A stretch of DNA of 62,507 nt, filler included, from Bonamia ostreae (Eukaryota), in NCBI GenBank assembly GCA_040357525.1. It is 16 parts of 16 records of this genome, joined end to end, with 100 filler letters (N's around TTAATTAATTAA, not from the genome) between each part and the next. Parts side by side here need not be neighbours in the genome. Positions count along the whole stretch, not along the records: positions 23,558 to 27,373 come from JBDODL010000418.1; positions 27,474 to 31,285 come from JBDODL010000419.1; positions 31,386 to 35,197 come from JBDODL010000420.1; positions 35,298 to 39,108 come from JBDODL010000421.1; 12 more parts are not named here. The stretch is one strand, 5' to 3'. The notes beneath the pieces were generated by a model. The model saw only the letters and a list, made by a program, of their open reading frames with translations, was not told the origin of the DNA and did no database searches. Position 1 is the stretch's first letter, and each line of letters opens with the position of its first letter. This document shows positions 24,463 through 36,944 of this stretch, one piece after another. A program made the translations under genes and the position numbers.

Positions 24463-25164
24463 ATGGAATATATTAAAACACTACTATCAGCTTTTTTTAT
24501 TTTCTTACAATTGTGTTTGATGTCGTTCTCTTTCATTTTTCCTTATTGGGCGAAATCTTCGAATATTAAATATTTTAATCAAAATGAACATATAATGCAC
24601 ACTGGAATAAATAGTTACACTGTTCAACAAAAAGGGCTAAATTTATTTTTTAAAAATCAAATCTTTTACGATTCCAGAGAAACCAACTTCAACTTGTTAT
24701 GCACTTCAAACTGTAAAAACGTTTTTAATTGTTACAAAATATGAAAATATTATAAACAAAATCGATCTTCAATAAAATTAACATTTTTATAAAAATTGCA
24801 ACAATAAAATTAACATTTTTCAAAAAAATGACAATAAAATTACCATTTTATAAAAATTGTAACAATATAGTTTGGATATGGAACACTAATAGCCTCGTCA
24901 ATTCTTTTTTACTCAATTTGTACGACCTTTTTAATGATTTTTGTTGTAATCGCTTCGAAGATAATAAAAAACCCTTTTTTAAAGAAAGTGTTCAAAATTG
25001 GTTCAGCGTTTATTGCAATTTTAATGATTGGAATGGTGCTCATTTATTTCTTCTTCGCTTTTAAGAATTTGCCGAATGAATATGAAAATCAATTGAGCTA
25101 CTCATTTTACGTTGTTGTCGCTGCTGTTGTTTGTGTAGCTGTTAATCCTTTCATCCCGTTGTAA
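24463..25164 (+). CDS. Small four-TM membrane protein (claudin/PMP22-like topology)
   Basis: TM1-PYW..HTG..C..C loop, then three further hydrophobic segments after a repeat-containing intron. Confidence 0.45.
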
Positions 25165-25645
25165 ATTTTTGGCTTAATTTTCTTTTCCAGGATTTAACAT
25201 TTAAATAATATTTATCAGATTCTCCATTTTTATTCTTTTAAGTTTTATTTTATCCATTTTTAAGTGTAATTTAAATATTTAATTTTTATTTGCTTTATAA
25301 AATAACCTTTTGTTTTTCTCAAAGTAAAATAAATTAATTTTTTTTCTGGTGAAAATAGTAAAAATAGTTTTATTTTTAAAAATAGTTTGCACCTTCTTCT
25401 ATTTATTTAGCTTCTTCAAACAGCAAATTTTGCGCCGAAAAAGAAAATTTATTTAAAAACAGCAAATTTTGCGCCGAAAAAGTAAAATTAAAAAAAATTT
25501 AGAAAAAGTCCAAATTTGTTTTGATAAAAATTTGCTTATTATTAAAAGTCCAATTTCATCAAAACAAAAAGAATTATATTCTTTTGAAAGCGTATATTGA
25601 AATCCCATAATAGAAACTAATCGTTTAGAAAAATTGTATTTGGAA

Positions 25646-27373
25646 ATGAGCAAATTAATTATTCTTATTGTGCTAGTATTCACTTTGCCTTCATTTTCTC
25701 TTCAACTCCGCGGAGAACTAGATTGCACTGTAAAAATGAAAAGCGACCTCGACTATTTTACAAAAAACGGCAAAGAAATAACACAGAACCCATTTTCGCT
25801 TAAAAATAACGATTTTGTTATAGCGAAATGCAAAGAAAACTCGACTTCAATAAGAATAAAGTACTTTCTGGGATCAAATTTAATGTTGTTTTGCCTTGAA
25901 AATCGATTTGTCTTCTTTTACAACAAAAAACGATATTTGTTCGACGTTTTCGCGAACCCGAAAAACTGCTACGACCCGAAAAACGAGGACGTTTCAAAAC
26001 TGCCAAAAATCAAATTCAGATTGTTGGACCGAACCGATTTGCTCAGAGCGATAACTCATTATTACAATGACATCCAACTTTACTTAGAAGAGGATTCAAG
26101 TTATCGCAACAACAATCCGGAGTATTACGACTTAGACAAAACCTTCTCAAGTACTCGTTACAATGATCTAAATCTCGAATTCGAAAAGCTCAATGAATAT
26201 TTGGCCAATTCGAAGCTGCGACATTTGTTTTTTGGAGGTTTATAATTTTAATCGTTGTCACAATAAACACTAAAGAACGCAACGAAGGTAACAACAACCA
26301 ATCAAGTTACCAGAAATGGATCGAAAAATCAAGACTTCTCGATCTCATTTTCAACACCCCGTTGAACGCAAAAACGCATTTGACGACAATAATCACAAAC
26401 ACGATCAGTTTTAGCATTTCAGAAAGAAAACTGTTTTTCGTCGAAGACGCCGAAAAATCGTTACAATTCACAAAATCGGCCGAATATCTAAAAATTCGAG
26501 CGGAAATGAGAGAAAGAGGGATCGTCCGAGTCTTCAAATCATTAGAAACTTATATAGAACAACTGGTGGACCCCTTTGTCCCGTCAGCTGACGACTACCC
26601 GATCGTCAAAAAGGGACAAGGTTGGGACAAATCGGCGGTTGACCGAATTTGCGACCGCATAGGATGTGTTCTGCCGATAAACTTTGAGGACACCGACAAA
26701 CTTTTCTCGGCGGGAAACGGCGATTTTCAGATTTACAGCGGAAACGCTTTGCTTCCAGGGGAAACAAGATTGTTTTGCCCGAAAGGAAAGTACTTTTTCC
26801 ATGACGCCTTTTTGCTCGAATATTTGGATTTGACCTGCGACAAGAAAACGAGCATAATCGAATTTAAGGAGCGGAACGCGCCATTGACTTTGGATTTGGA
26901 ATGTCGGGTCCCCAGCAATAATTGCGACATCCGCTTTCTGAGAAACCGCGACAACGTAAATTTTGCGGGAGCGCCTTCGAGCATATCCTACTTGAAAACG
27001 GGTGTGAAGGGGGTTGTCGAGTGTGAAGAAGACAAAGCGGAGCCATTTGACTTGAGGTGCAGATCGGGCGGTTTAGAGATTTTGAGGGGCACCGAATATG
27101 AGAAGGTTTCTCCGACTACTTTTGATTGCGACGGAGAGTTGTTTACGAAAAGTTGTGACACAGATAAGTTGGTTGGGAATGTGAACCCGGCTAAACCGTT
27201 TTCCAGCAAAGTAGTGGCTCATATGACAAAAATTGCTCTTTTTTGTAAATTGGACAGTTTGGAAGGACTATTTGTTGTTTGCGAAAACGGCCAATTTAAT
27301 TATTACTTTGATGGCGGTTTCTATGTCGATCCTGTTTTGTTTTGTTCATATTATCTTTCACTTTTTCGAATGT
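25646..27373 (+). CDS. Secreted/surface Cys-patterned protein of unknown family, probably 3'-truncated
   Basis: Signal peptide MSKLIILIVLVFTLPSFSLQ; two short introns join ORFs 25634-26245 and 26362-27429; recurring C..C..C-x-N/D-G modules. Confidence 0.6.
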
Positions 27374-27473
27374 NNNNNNNNNNNNNNNNNNNNNNNNNNN
27401 NNNNNNNNNNNNNNNNNTTAATTAATTAANNNNNNNNNNNNNNNNNNNNNNNNNNNNNNNNNNNNNNNNNNNN

Positions 27474-28229
27474 TGACAAATTTAATTTTTTTTGTAATTT
27501 TAAGCCAAATTTATTTATTAAGTAAAATTTTGTTTTTGATGTTTTTTCGTAAATTCAAATTTTTATTATTTTCATAAATTTATTTTTTGTTATTTTTGCG
27601 ACTAATTTGATTTTTTGTTTTTAAAATTTAATTTTTAAATTCCGACAAATTTAATTTTTTAAAATTTAAACTTTCAAAATTTGCCCAGTTTCTTTCATGT
27701 TCAACACATTAACAATATTCTTATAATAAATTCCACATTCGCAACATTCGAGAGATGCCATTATCGCAGTTTGACTAATCCTCTCAAATTCTTTATTTTG
27801 GAAAATGTCATCATTTTTAAGCTCTGCCAAATTTGTCGAAGAATTGATTTTGAAAAAGTCGCCATTAATTCCTTGCATAACGAAAAGGACATCTCTTAAA
27901 ATTCGTTTTTCGTTTTCTGAGACAATTTTTTCTGGTTTTGATAATTTTGGAGTGAACTGACTAAAATGTCGCTCGAGGAATTTATGTTTTTTGTTCGAAA
28001 ATTCGCTGTAATCGAAAAAGTGATTTTGAGTTGATTTTGTTTCTCGTTCATTTTGACGCAAATTTTTGTTTTCTTTGGACAATAAATGTTCGCTGTTTTT
28101 TCTTTTTGTCAAAATTTGGCTAAAATTTAATGTTTAAATTTCTTGTTAAAACTCTGCAGTGTTGTTTATTTCGCTGAGCATATCCAGAAATTTAATTTTT
28201 AAATCTTTTAGTTTTTGTTCTGCTTCCAT
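27474..28229 (-). CDS. Gamma-tubulin complex component, GCP3/Spc98-like, 3'-truncated
   Basis: EKRILRDVLFVMQGINGDFFK and CECGIYYKNI resemble the start of the GRIP1 region. Confidence 0.7.
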
Positions 28230-28485
28230 TCAATTTTTTATTTTATACTAAACGGTTAATATTTTAAAGCTTGTATCAGCTTTTTTTATATAGAAATATA
28301 TGAGTTTAGTTAAAATGTCTAAATTTAGAATTTTTAAATCTTCAAAAGCAACTTTTTCAAATTTTAATATAGCATTACAACAATTTTTATATTTTTGCCA
28401 AAGAAAAAGAAAAAGAAAAAATTTTTTGTAATCGAAAAAATCATTTTTTTTTGAATTTTAAAATTTTGAAACATTACAAATCAAT

Positions 28486-28886
28486 TTATTTGCCACGGTA
28501 CCCCGCTCTCATCCCCATATTTCTCGAATCTCCAGCCATCAAACTCATGCTTCTCCCCATTCCAATCGTATTGCCTTTTGTAAAATTACAAAATTTGAAC
28601 TGTCGTTGGTCATTTTATTTTCAATCCGCTTGAAAACAGGGGCGTTTTTCAACATGTCCGGAATTATGATGAGTTTAATGAAAGAGCCCCGAATGTACAC
28701 TTTCGAACGCTTTTTGACTTGACCGTCATGAGCGGTGTATGTGACGTTGATCAGTTCTATGTTCATGCAATCTTCGACATTGCTGAGTTGTCCGCGATAG
28801 CACTCGTACGTTTTCATCTCGACAGTGGCAATGTAGCCTTCGGCTTCGTGCAGTATTTTAATGGGAACTCCGATGTAAACAGGCAT
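28486..28886 (-). CDS. SMD3: Small nuclear ribonucleoprotein Sm D3
   Basis: IGVPIKILHEAEG, YRGQL..EDCMN, VYIRGS..IIPDMLKNAPVF; a 26-nt intron precedes the G/R-rich tail. Confidence 0.95.
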
Positions 28887-29236
28887 TGCACAAAAATTAA
28901 AATTTAGTTTCGTTTAAATTGTTTTTCAAAGTTTAAGCCGGTTTTGCTAATTTGACATTTAGTCGAATTTAGTCGATAATGGCTTTATGCCTTCGTTGAT
29001 TTAAAGTTTTTGTGGTTTGAAAATAAAAGTTTGCGAAGATTTAAAAATTCGCTTTCGCCGTAAAATCTCTGAAAGTTAGATTTTTTGTGCATGGCGATGT
29101 GAAATTGCTTGTTAGAACTAGTTGGTTAAGCTCAACATTATTTGAAGTTTAACTTTTTGGGATATAAGATTTTCAGATTAAAGCTCGAAAAGTTTTATCT
29201 TTTCTGAAGAATAGATTAAATTGAATTAAAAAATTA

Positions 29237-29572
29237 ATGCGTGGAACTGAGATTATAATAGTGATATTTCTTTTCGTGCTAACAATTGAATCCGAAAACA
29301 GTGTTCAGAATTTGAATACGCCGATAAACATTAATATTTTGGGGAGTCGAAATCTGTCTCAATGCGTCGACAATATTTCTTTTGTTTTGGGAAGAAAGGT
29401 CGATTTGAAGAAAGACGAGCGTGTTTTTTTGGATTGCTGCGAAAACGCTTGTACGGAAGAAAAGGAATATCTCCACATCGATTTTGAACTAACGCACGTT
29501 TTTTATGTTCCGCGGTTTGGATTTGATAATGACGAAATTGACAAATATTGGGTAGAATGTTTTTGTAAATAA
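29237..29572 (+). CDS. Hypothetical small secreted protein
   Basis: ATG, hydrophobic N-terminus and several Cys; may have further exons. Confidence 0.4.
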   Translation: MRGTEIIIVIFLFVLTIESENSVQNLNTPININILGSRNLSQCVDNISFVLGRKVDLKKDERVFLDCCENACTEEKEYLHIDFELTHVFYVPRFGFDNDEIDKYWVECFCK

Positions 29573-29705
29573 ATGTTTTTTGGTATTTTGTTTCTGTTTT
29601 GATAACTTAATGATTGATCAAAATTGCGTAGAAGGCAAATCTTATTAAATGAAAATATCGTCTAAAACAGATGTTTAAATTATCATACCGTTTATTGATC
29701 AGATT

Positions 29706-29918
29706 TCATAAAGAAGTTATTGTCTCTTCAAAGATTTCGAATTGGCCGTCTTCGTTGTTTGATAAACTATTCGTTCTATTTTGCAAGTTTTGAGTAATCG
29801 TTTTTTCACTACAAAAAATATTCTTCAGAAATTTGATAAAGAAGATTAAAGTCAAAATAGCGCAAATTGACGATAAAACGACATTTGAAATTGAGATAAA
29901 CGGATGATTTAATAGCAT
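29706..29918 (-). CDS. Small single-TM protein, paralogue A
   Basis: 70-aa ORF homologous to 30654-30887. Confidence 0.55.
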   Translation of the reverse strand: MLLNHPFISISNVVLSSICAILTLIFFIKFLKNIFCSEKTITQNLQNRTNSLSNNEDGQFEIFEETITSL

Positions 29919-30653
29919 TGAAATTATATTTTTTGTTTATTTTACCGTTTATTTTAACAATCTACTCACGAAAAGAATTAGCAAATACAAAAAAAATTAT
30001 ATTGCAAAAGCCAAACGAAAACGAATATTGCCGTGCGAAGTGAAAGGAAAACGAAACAAAGACAGCGTAGATGTAAACAAGACTATTTGGTACAAATAAA
30101 TGGCCATTCATTTCATATACACCAANNNNNNNNNNNNNNNNNNNNNNNNNNNNNNNNNNNNNNNNNNNNNNNNNNNNNNNNNNNNNNNNNNNNNNNNNNN
30201 NNNNNNNNNNNNNNNNNNNNNNNNNTCCACTAAAATTTTCAAACAAAAACAATGGGAAATTTTGACTTATTCAAACAGATCAAGATAAAGACGATGATCA
30301 ATGAATCCTGAATAGATTATTATCCCAAAAGTTATTTAAACATCTTTCTATCTACTTCCAACTACAACATAAGACGAAACCTCAATTTATTTCAAATTTA
30401 AACAGAAGTCTTCGAAACATAACTATCTTTATTTGACATAGATGCGCTTCCAAAAAATACATTCTGTAAAAGCCACTCTCCAGTAAGAAGCCGGTATAAA
30501 CACGCAAAAGACTTCAGTAGTCAAAGAAGAGCTAGTAGATTTGGTACAATGTCATCAAAAATATTTTCACAAGTATTGAATCAATATTTTTAAAAATTTT
30601 ATAGTATCAATTTTGTTATTTTAAAAATATTATTTATAAAGATTTAATAATCT

Positions 30654-30887
30654 TCACATCTGAGAATGTGATGATTGTTCTGGAGCATCATTTATTTCAA
30701 AGATTTCGAACGATTCGTATTCGTTGTTTGATGCTCTGTTCGTCCTATTTTGCAAGTTTTGGATAACCATTTTTTTGCTACAACAAATATCCTTCACAAA
30801 TTTGATGAGCAAGATTAAAGCCAAAATAACGCAAATTGACGATAAAACGACATTTGAAATTGAGATAAACGGATGATTCAATAGCAT
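30654..30887 (-). CDS. Small single-TM protein, paralogue B
   Basis: 77-aa ORF; first 19 aa and ~25 nt of upstream sequence match paralogue A. Confidence 0.55.
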   Translation of the reverse strand: MLLNHPFISISNVVLSSICVILALILLIKFVKDICCSKKMVIQNLQNRTNRASNNEYESFEIFEINDAPEQSSHSQM

Positions 30888-31385
30888 TGAAATTATATTT
30901 TTTGTTTATTTTTGCAGTTTTTAATAAAATGGTAAATTTCGATATGTCACATTAATAATATTCTTTATCTTGCCATATCTTTTTATATTTTTTGTAACTT
31001 TTTTGTTAAAATTTGCTAAATTACTAAAAAATTTTGAGAGAGAAGCAAATGATTTTTATCCGGGAAGTACTTTTAGTTTTACGTTTATTAAGTTGTCGAA
31101 CATTTCCAAACTAATTTTTCTCTTTCTTGTTGGTGATTTTTGATTTTTCTAATTCTTTCTGTATTTAAGTCATCTTGTTTATCGTCTTCAATCTGTAAAA
31201 ATATTAAGTTTTTTCGTGACTATCTTTTACAATCTACAGGAAAGTCTTCATTTGTCTCTCTCAATACATTTTAAGTGTTGTCATANNNNNNNNNNNNNNN
31301 NNNNNNNNNNNNNNNNNNNNNNNNNNNNNTTAATTAATTAANNNNNNNNNNNNNNNNNNNNNNNNNNNNNNNNNNNNNNNNNNNN

Positions 31386-32351
31386 ATGGTAGTTGCGACA
31401 ATTAATTTAGTTTTCAGCCTTTCTCTCTATTTCATTTCAATCTTGTTCGCGACAATTAAAATTTGCCGGAAAACCCATCAAAAATCTTTAAAAACAAGCA
31501 AAAAACATTCTAACCGACAGCATTTTCTAATTTTGTGCACTACCTATTCGGTTTCGATAACAATTCTTTACTTTCTCGATTTTTACAATGTAATTTCTGG
31601 AATTCTCCCGATTTTTTTGAGTTCGAGCACTGTAACAATAAGTTTGTATTTGATTTTGTTGTTTCTCGATGTAGTCTCAATGTATGATGATCGCTTGAAA
31701 TGCAATTTTTATGTGGAAAAAGGGATTTATGTTGCTTTTTTTCTGATAATAATCGTTGCAAACTATTTGATTTGTAAAAAAGAAAATTTTGTTATTGTTG
31801 TAATGGCAGTTACTTTGTTGATTTCAGAAATATTTCTATGTTTAAATTTGATTCTTATTTTTTACAATTTGTTTCAGACTAGAAGAGAATATCTAATTGA
31901 CGATTTTAACGTTTTTTTTAACGATTTTAACGTTGTTTAAGACTTTTTTGACGTTTTTAGTTATTTTTGTGGCGCTTTTTTGCTTTTTTTAGTTAACCTC
32001 GCACCGTCTTTTTTTTACTTTTACGACATTTATCATTTTTTCGGTTAATTTTTTCTTCCGTGTTGGCATTTTTACATGTTTTTTTGTCATTTTTGTTTTA
32101 CCTTTAAATAAAAACAGGGAGACAGAGATTCATTCGTTATCGATTTTTTGCCGCAAACATCTTTTTTCTTTATCGAAACATCTGGAACTTTTGGAGTGAT
32201 TTTAAACCGCATTTCTGGTAAATTTGAAGACACAAAAACGTTAATAATTGCTGTTGTGCTTTTTACGCCATTTTTGAATTCTCTTGCGCTTTCCATCGTC
32301 TTCCGGTTGTACAAAATGAGATTGTGTTCGAAGGATTCTGGAATTAAATAA
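31386..32351 (+). CDS. Multi-pass membrane protein of unknown function
   Basis: Series of hydrophobic helices in ORFs 31386-31940 and 32148-32351, separated by a T-rich intron-like stretch. Confidence 0.5.
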
Positions 32352-32482
32352 TCTTGTATTTTGACATTGAACGTTCAAATTATTAAAAAATCTACAAAAT
32401 TTTTGAATAAGTACATTATTGATTTTTTCGACAGAATATGTACAAATCACGCAAATATTGATTTAATCAAAAGCGCACAACT

Positions 32483-35197
32483 CTAAATTCGAACCAGAAA
32501 TGTCAAAAAGAGGAGAAAACCGTTAATAAACAAGCACATAAAATGATCAAAAAGATATTTCGGTTGAAAAACCTCTTTGACGACGATATGTTTTCTTTTG
32601 AAAAACAGATTTACAGCTGAAAAGAGTATTTTCGATTGGTTAAAAAAGATTAACAACAAAAATGCTTTTTCAAACGCCATTTTTGTCCATTTCTTCCGCC
32701 TTTTTTTTGAAACCGTCAAACCAAACAAAGCAGTAATCTTTATCAAAACAAAAATGGAAGTCAAACAAAGCGCAAATACAAAATAAGTACGCAAAAACAC
32801 GAACAACTTTGATGTGAAATTGAATCCGAACAAATAAAATGCAAATCGAAACTAAAAGTTTTAAAATAAAAACGTCAATCGAACTAATCAAATAGTCGTT
32901 TCCAGACAAAACATAAAACAAATTTCCCAACAAATAGAAGTACCAAATGATCAATTCCAAACAAAATTTTGTTTTTATGGGGCTTCTGTCAAAATTGCGA
33001 ATGCCAAAATTTTTGAATTCGAATGCCAAAATTGCGATATTGACTAATAAAATGAACAGAAATGGCAAAATAAAAGAACTGTAAAGAATCAAAGAAAACG
33101 TCAAAATTCCAATAAAAAATTGTTTTAGTGCGCCTTTCATAACAGAACGCAAAACTGAAACGAAAACAGAGAAAATAACGACAGAATTGAAACAGTATAA
33201 AAAGGTTTTTGGCAAAGTTTCAAAATTCGAGACGTTTAGAATCCAAAACAAAGACACTTCGCAGATCTGCGCTAAAATAATAGAATGGTCGCAAAAACTG
33301 TTTTTTTGCAGTTTTGTAAAAGAATGGAGGATAGACAATGTGATTGTTGTTAGCAGAAATGATGATTTGATCGGATTGTAAATTTCGGTTTCTTTTGAAA
33401 ATTGAAAGAAATGGGCTGACAACAAAGCGCACAAAATTATAATGAAGTTTGCTCTTTTTGTTAAAACAAAAAATGTTAAAACAAATAATTAAAAATTGTT
33501 ATTAAAAATGTTGAAACAAATATTTAAAAATTGTTATTAAAAATGTTTGAAAAACTTGTTATTTGAATTTAAAACAAAAATAAAAAAAGAGACAATAATC
33601 AAAATAGCAAAAATCCAATATTTTTCATAAAGGATTTGGTAGTAAGCGATCGGCGTCCAATTGAAGAAAATAAAAGTTAACAAAACTGCAATTTTTCTCA
33701 CCGAACAAAAATTTTTCTTTGGTTTTATTAAACTCTCATTGAAAATCAGATTTTTTCTTAAAAGAAAAATAAGTTTTTGAATATTGTCGGCAAAATAAGA
33801 TGTTAAAAGAGTAAAGACAATTTTTGTGCATTGTGTTGGTAGCAATAAAACAAAAGAAATAATGGCCATTATTGTCGAACATTGAAAATTAATGTTTTTG
33901 TTGGTACAATATAAATCGAGAAGTAACAAAAGAGACAAAAACGTCGTCATTGAAATTACAAACAGTCCTTTACAGATTTTTAAGTAATCAAAATCAATCC
34001 AGTTTTTAAGAGAGATATCTCTTAATTTTCTTAATAGCAAATCATATTCTTCGTTTAATTGTTTAAATTTCGTCTATATTTTATAAGAATTTTAATTATT
34101 TGAAAAATTGATTTTAACTATTAAAAATTGTTTTTAAAAATTTGTTGTTTATAAAAAATGTAATTTTTGCGAAAAATAATGTTAAAATCAATTTGTCGAT
34201 AAAAATGTGATAAATTAAAAACTTTATTTTGGTCATTTTTAAGCAAAAACAAATGCTTTTTCTGCAACAAATAAAAGTTTTCAAGCTCTATCTTCAATAA
34301 ATTTCGTATTTTTATATTTTTTACGTTAATTTGCAAATTTCTGAAAATTTGAAGATTGTTTTTTAATAAATATTTGGCCATTTCCTTTTCACGAAAATCT
34401 TGCGAACTGGTTTTTTCGCTTTTAATTGGAACCAGTTCTCGGATGATGTTCCCGACATTTTCAAAGGGAATCGGTACATTCACTAAAATTGCCATTGTCG
34501 GAGCCAAACTTGTCTGATTATAAGTTTTTGACTTTTGATTCTCTTCTTCGAAACAAAGATCTTTTGAAACATGAGCAAACAGAAAAGCATCTTTTTCTTT
34601 ATCAGAGTCGCCGCCATGGTTGCCGCTTTCAAGCATCCCGTGATCGGAAAAAACGACCATTATTGTTTTGTTCATCTTGTCTACCTTTTCCGCCATTTTC
34701 GCACATGTCGCGTTAAATTTTTTCAAAATTTCCTCCATCTTCGGATGGTTCGCTTTTAGACTTTTTTGTTACAAGAAACAGTTACCTGTGACCGACATGA
34801 TCTGCTCCCAAATAATGAGCGAATAGAACATCCCAGTCTTCTTTAGCCCATTCTTCGTCGATGTGTGAATCTATTCCCTCGTCATTTGAATAGATGTCAA
34901 TTGGGTTGAGAGAGGGATAGAAATAGCTTCTCACAAAAGCGTTTGGGAACATTCCTTCCCAAATAAAGTCGCCCAAAAAAATTGATTTTTTGTTTGATTG
35001 TGCAAACTGTTTGAGCAAATTGTCTTCGTTGATTTCTGTTCCTCCAAAGTTTTCTCTGAACTCTATGTAACCAGGGATGCTTCCCGTCATCAACGCCTTT
35101 ATGCGTTGGTTTGTGACGGTTGGAATGTCAGAGACAAATCTGAATAACTTTGAGCGTTTTGTGTTTTTTGACAAATTATCGAAAACAGTCAGGATAT
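32483..35197 (-). CDS. PIGO: GPI ethanolamine phosphate transferase 3 (PIG-O/Gpi13), 5'-truncated
   Basis: SDIPTVTNQRIKALMTGSIP, EDNL, FLGD..W, HYLGADHVGH, DHGM..GNHGG, PIPFENVG, many TM helices, and RKHIVVKEVFQPKYLF. Confidence 0.85.
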
Positions 35198-35350
35198 NNN
35201 NNNNNNNNNNNNNNNNNNNNNNNNNNNNNNNNNNNNNNNNNTTAATTAATTAANNNNNNNNNNNNNNNNNNNNNNNNNNNNNNNNNNNNNNNNNNNNAAG
35301 TCGAAAGATATAAATATTTTGTGAAAGCAAATTTGTCCCAAAACGTACAA

Positions 35351-35728
35351 TTATGGTTTACTGCGCTTTTTCTTTGAGTCTGGAAACTCTTTGGTGAGCC
35401 AACGGATGAATCCAAGCCTCCTCGGCTTGCTGAATTCGTTGCGGTGTTCGTTATATATTTTAACTTTCTCTGGCATTTCTTCCATTGCGGCTGCGATTTG
35501 GGCTTGTCTCTTCAAAAATCTCTCCTTGCGCTTCTCGATATTCAAAGATGGAAGGTCTTTTCGCAACAACTGAGGCAGAGGCTTTTCAAATGGCCAAATC
35601 AAGCCTTTCCGAAGAATCGTTTTTCTGAACCGCGCAAGTCTGGCTCCGGAAAAATTAGCTCTAATGTAGATCTTCCCGTCGGGAGTTCTTCTCCTCATTA
35701 TATCCGGTATTTTGAAAGTCCGAACCAT
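35351..35728 (-). CDS. Probable mitochondrial large-subunit ribosomal protein mL59 (MRPL25-like)
   Basis: Basic 125-aa ORF with FSGARLARFRK..W and RQAQIAAAMEEMPEKVKIY. Confidence 0.6.
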   Translation of the reverse strand: MVRTFKIPDIMRRRTPDGKIYIRANFSGARLARFRKTILRKGLIWPFEKPLPQLLRKDLPSLNIEKRKERFLKRQAQIAAAMEEMPEKVKIYNEHRNEFSKPRRLGFIRWLTKEFPDSKKKRSKP

Positions 35729-35793
35729 TTTAAAATTTAGTCTTTTATTTATTTTAAAATTTTTGACTAAATTTGGCTTCTTTTCGCCAATTA

Positions 35794-36909
35794 ATGAATC
35801 AAGTTTGTTTTGTTGACCAAACAGGCCATTTTAGAAGTGATCGCTGCGGAGAGAAAAAGGCGAAAGAAAAAAGAAAAAGATCGCAGCCAAAAGAAAGTTT
35901 TAAATTTAGAATTTCAAAAATTCTGCAAAAAGGCGAAAACGGAAACCGAAAATTGTGCAAAATCGGAATCCAAATCGCCAAACTCAAAAAGCCACAACGA
36001 AGAAAATCGGTTCTATCCTCAAAACTCAAAATTTAGCAAGATTTCCCAAAACTCAAAATACCGCAACTCGAACTATGTCATCAACAGGTTGCGAGAAATG
36101 GAAGAGCCGATCAAGCTCTTCGACGAATCGGACTTAAATCGCATAAAAAGACTAAAAATAGCAGAGCTTAATTTACATGTTTATTATATCCAAAAACGAA
36201 AAGGAAAAGAAAACGTCTTCGAAGGGCATCAGAAACGTCTTCAGAGACATCCAAGAGGTCATTAGACACTTAATTGCTACACAATAAATTAAAGCTCTAT
36301 TACCTAAATCCGATTTACCATTTTAATGTTTAGAAAGTCGAAATGAACATGCACAAAGAAAAATCTGTTTCCGGCAAAAAGAAGCGCGTCCCCGCTTTTG
36401 TCCACAAAAAGCCGACCGCGCACCGCGCAAATTTTGACTGCGCCGAATTCTTCATTCTCGCCTTTTTCAAGCAACTCCTCGCTGAATGGGAGGACGATCT
36501 GGAGCAAAGACCAATGGAAGAAAAACGATCCCGCGAAGGAAAGCACCAGTCCGCGATCTATCTGCAGACGGCCGAGTACCTCCGCCCGTTCTTCGAACAA
36601 CTGGCGAATCGCGAGTGCGCGGCCGACATTTCAGAGCCGGTCGAACGAATCGTAATGTTGATGCAACAACGAGAATATGTCATGGCGAACAACGAGTACC
36701 TCACCATGTCGATCGGCAACGCGCCGTGGCCCATGGGCCTCACCATGGTCAGCATCCACGAGCGCAAAAGTCGATCCAAAATTTACTCGAACCAAATCGC
36801 GCACATTTTGAACGACGAGGAAACCAGAAAGTACATCCAATGCATCAAAAGACTGATGACCTTTTGCCAGGAACGCTATCCCCCGGACACCGCCGACAAG
36901 AAATTTTAA
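35794..36909 (+). CDS. PRP18: Pre-mRNA splicing factor Prp18
   Basis: SFM motif VINRLREMEEPIKLFDES; SIGNAPWPMGLTMVSIHERKSRSKI; AHILNDEETRKYIQCIKRLMTFCQERYP. First intron 35803-35824. Confidence 0.95.
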
Positions 36910-36944
36910 CTTTGCGCCTGTCCCTTCTATTTTTTGTGTCACTA

